DNA from: an uncultured Alphaproteobacteria bacterium
Lineage (GTDB): Bacteria > Pseudomonadota > Alphaproteobacteria > SMXQ01
NCBI GenBank assembly: GCA_963752345.1
Contig: CAVVYA010000015.1
Location: forward strand, 640,343-704,342
DNA: 64,000 nucleotides
Reading direction: 5' to 3'
Within the stretch, counting starts at the first letter, position 1. The number at the start of each line of letters is the position of its first letter. Position numbers and translations under genes: made by a program. Shown here piece by piece: positions 63,057 through 64,000 of this stretch. The notes beneath the pieces are model-generated. The model worked only from the letters and a program-made list of their open reading frames with translations, did no database searches and had not been told where the DNA came from.

Positions 63057-64000
63057 ATGGTTGTCACATCGTTATGCCGGCGTTCGATGATCGTGGCGGG
63101 GCTCGCGGCGCTGCCGGTCGCCTGTCCTGCCTTGGCGCAGGATGCGGTGACGGCCTTCTACAAGGGCAAGCATATCGACATGATCATTCCGACGCCGACC
63201 GGCGGCGGGTATGACGCTTACGCGCGCCTGGTCGCCCGCCACATGGGCACGCACGTCCCGGGCCATCCGGGCATGATCGCCAAGAACATGCCGGGCGCCA
63301 GCGGCACCAAGGCGCTCAGCTTCATCTACAATCTCGCGCCCAAGGACGGCACGGTGATCGGCGCCTTTCATCCCGGCAACATCCTCGAGCCGATCCTGGC
63401 CCTGAGCAGCAAGCGTGTCGACTACGACTCGCCGCGCTTCACCTATCTCGGCAGCGCGAATGTGGAAACCTCGCTCTGCATGCTGCGGGCGGCGGCGCCC
63501 ATCAGGACCTTCAAGGAGGCGTTCGAGACGCAGGCGATCCTCGGCGGGTCGGGCACCTCCACCGTATTCTTTCCGGTCGGCCACAACGCCTTTCTCGGCA
63601 CCAAGTTCAAGATCATCACGGGCTATGGCGGCACCGCGGCCCTCAACCTGGCGATGCAGCGCGGCGAGGTCGACGGCTTCTGCGGCCAGTTCTGGTCCAG
63701 CCTCAACACCCAGAATCCGGAATGGATCACCAACGGCGAGTTCAACATCATCGTGCAGGAAGCCGCCAAGGGCAGGCCCGAGCTCGACCGCATGGGCGTG
63801 CCGCTGGTCTATGATTTCGTCAAGACCGATGCGGACAGGCAGGCGCTGGATCTGCTCTACGTGCCGCTCACCTTCGGCCGGCCCTATGTCGCGCCGCCCG
63901 ATCTTCCGGCGGAGCGCGTCGCGGCGTTGCGGGCGGCGTTCGACAGCGCCATGCGGGATCCGGCGCTGCTGCGGGACGCGGCGAAGATGCGCCTGCCGAT
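63057..64000 (+). CDS. TctC/Bug family substrate-binding protein (3' partial at window edge)
   Basis: Signal peptide MIVAGLAALPVACPALAQ; MIIPTPTGGGYDAYARL...NMPGASG; open to window end. Confidence 0.8.
   Translation, partial: MVVTSLCRRSMIVAGLAALPVACPALAQDAVTAFYKGKHIDMIIPTPTGGGYDAYARLVARHMGTHVPGHPGMIAKNMPGASGTKALSFIYNLAPKDGTVIGAFHPGNILEPILALSSKRVDYDSPRFTYLGSANVETSLCMLRAAAPIRTFKEAFETQAILGGSGTSTVFFPVGHNAFLGTKFKIITGYGGTAALNLAMQRGEVDGFCGQFWSSLNTQNPEWITNGEFNIIVQEAAKGRPELDRMGVPLVYDFVKTDADRQALDLLYVPLTFGRPYVAPPDLPAERVAALRAAFDSAMRDPALLRDAAKMRLP

Noticed and set aside
1-64000. Search for CRISPR arrays, tRNA/rRNA genes, IS elements or transposases, integrases, and toxin-antitoxin or defence systems
   Set aside because: Visual scanning found no regular direct-repeat arrays, no tRNA-like cloverleaf candidates, no transposase or integrase motifs, and no recognisable defence-system proteins.

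Overview
This is a high-GC (~65%) proteobacterial chromosomal window with no rRNA, tRNA, CRISPR array, transposase or phage genes. The organism cannot be placed; an Alpha- or Betaproteobacterium rich in orphan TctC ('Bug') binding proteins is plausible.

The window has four parts:
- **1-11.8 kb:** an SDR / methyltransferase / histidine-phosphatase operon, then a degraded stretch (fragmented SDR, an uncharacterised 'family A' gene, unidentifiable remnants), then a co-directional block of a TPP-dependent enzyme, a Nudix hydrolase, HemN and a methyltransferase.
- **11.8-15.75 kb:** a low-GC (~45-50%) island carrying a second, inverted copy of family A, a large hypothetical glycan-related gene and a methyltransferase.
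- **15.8-30.2 kb:** a surface-polysaccharide locus of the ABC-transporter-dependent type (Wzm/Wzt-like exporter), including:
  - a B12-binding radical SAM enzyme paired with a 2OG-oxygenase-like protein;
  - a DegT aminotransferase;
  - an NDP-sugar 6-dehydrogenase;
  - a Gfo/Idh/MocA oxidoreductase;
  - several NAD-dependent epimerases and dehydratases;
  - RfaE-type heptose kinase and adenylyltransferase genes, split and in reversed order;
  - a transaldolase.
- **30.9-64 kb:** an aromatic-carboxylate catabolic supercluster. It holds phthalate-family Rieske oxygenases, two 4,5-dihydroxyphthalate-decarboxylase-like proteins, a UbiD decarboxylase, bicupin dioxygenases, a FAH-family hydrolase, a class II aldolase, a TauD/TfdA dioxygenase, an amidohydrolase-2 decarboxylase, a Zn-ADH and a ferredoxin. 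Interleaved are nine TctC-family binding proteins (no TctA/TctB), three LysR regulators and a stand-alone EutA-like reactivase.

Many unrelated genes, including hemN and a tctC, carry apparent 1-nt frameshifts. I interpret most of these as indel errors or low-quality assembly rather than mass pseudogenisation, but sequence alone cannot settle it. Coordinates of frameshifted genes are approximate.
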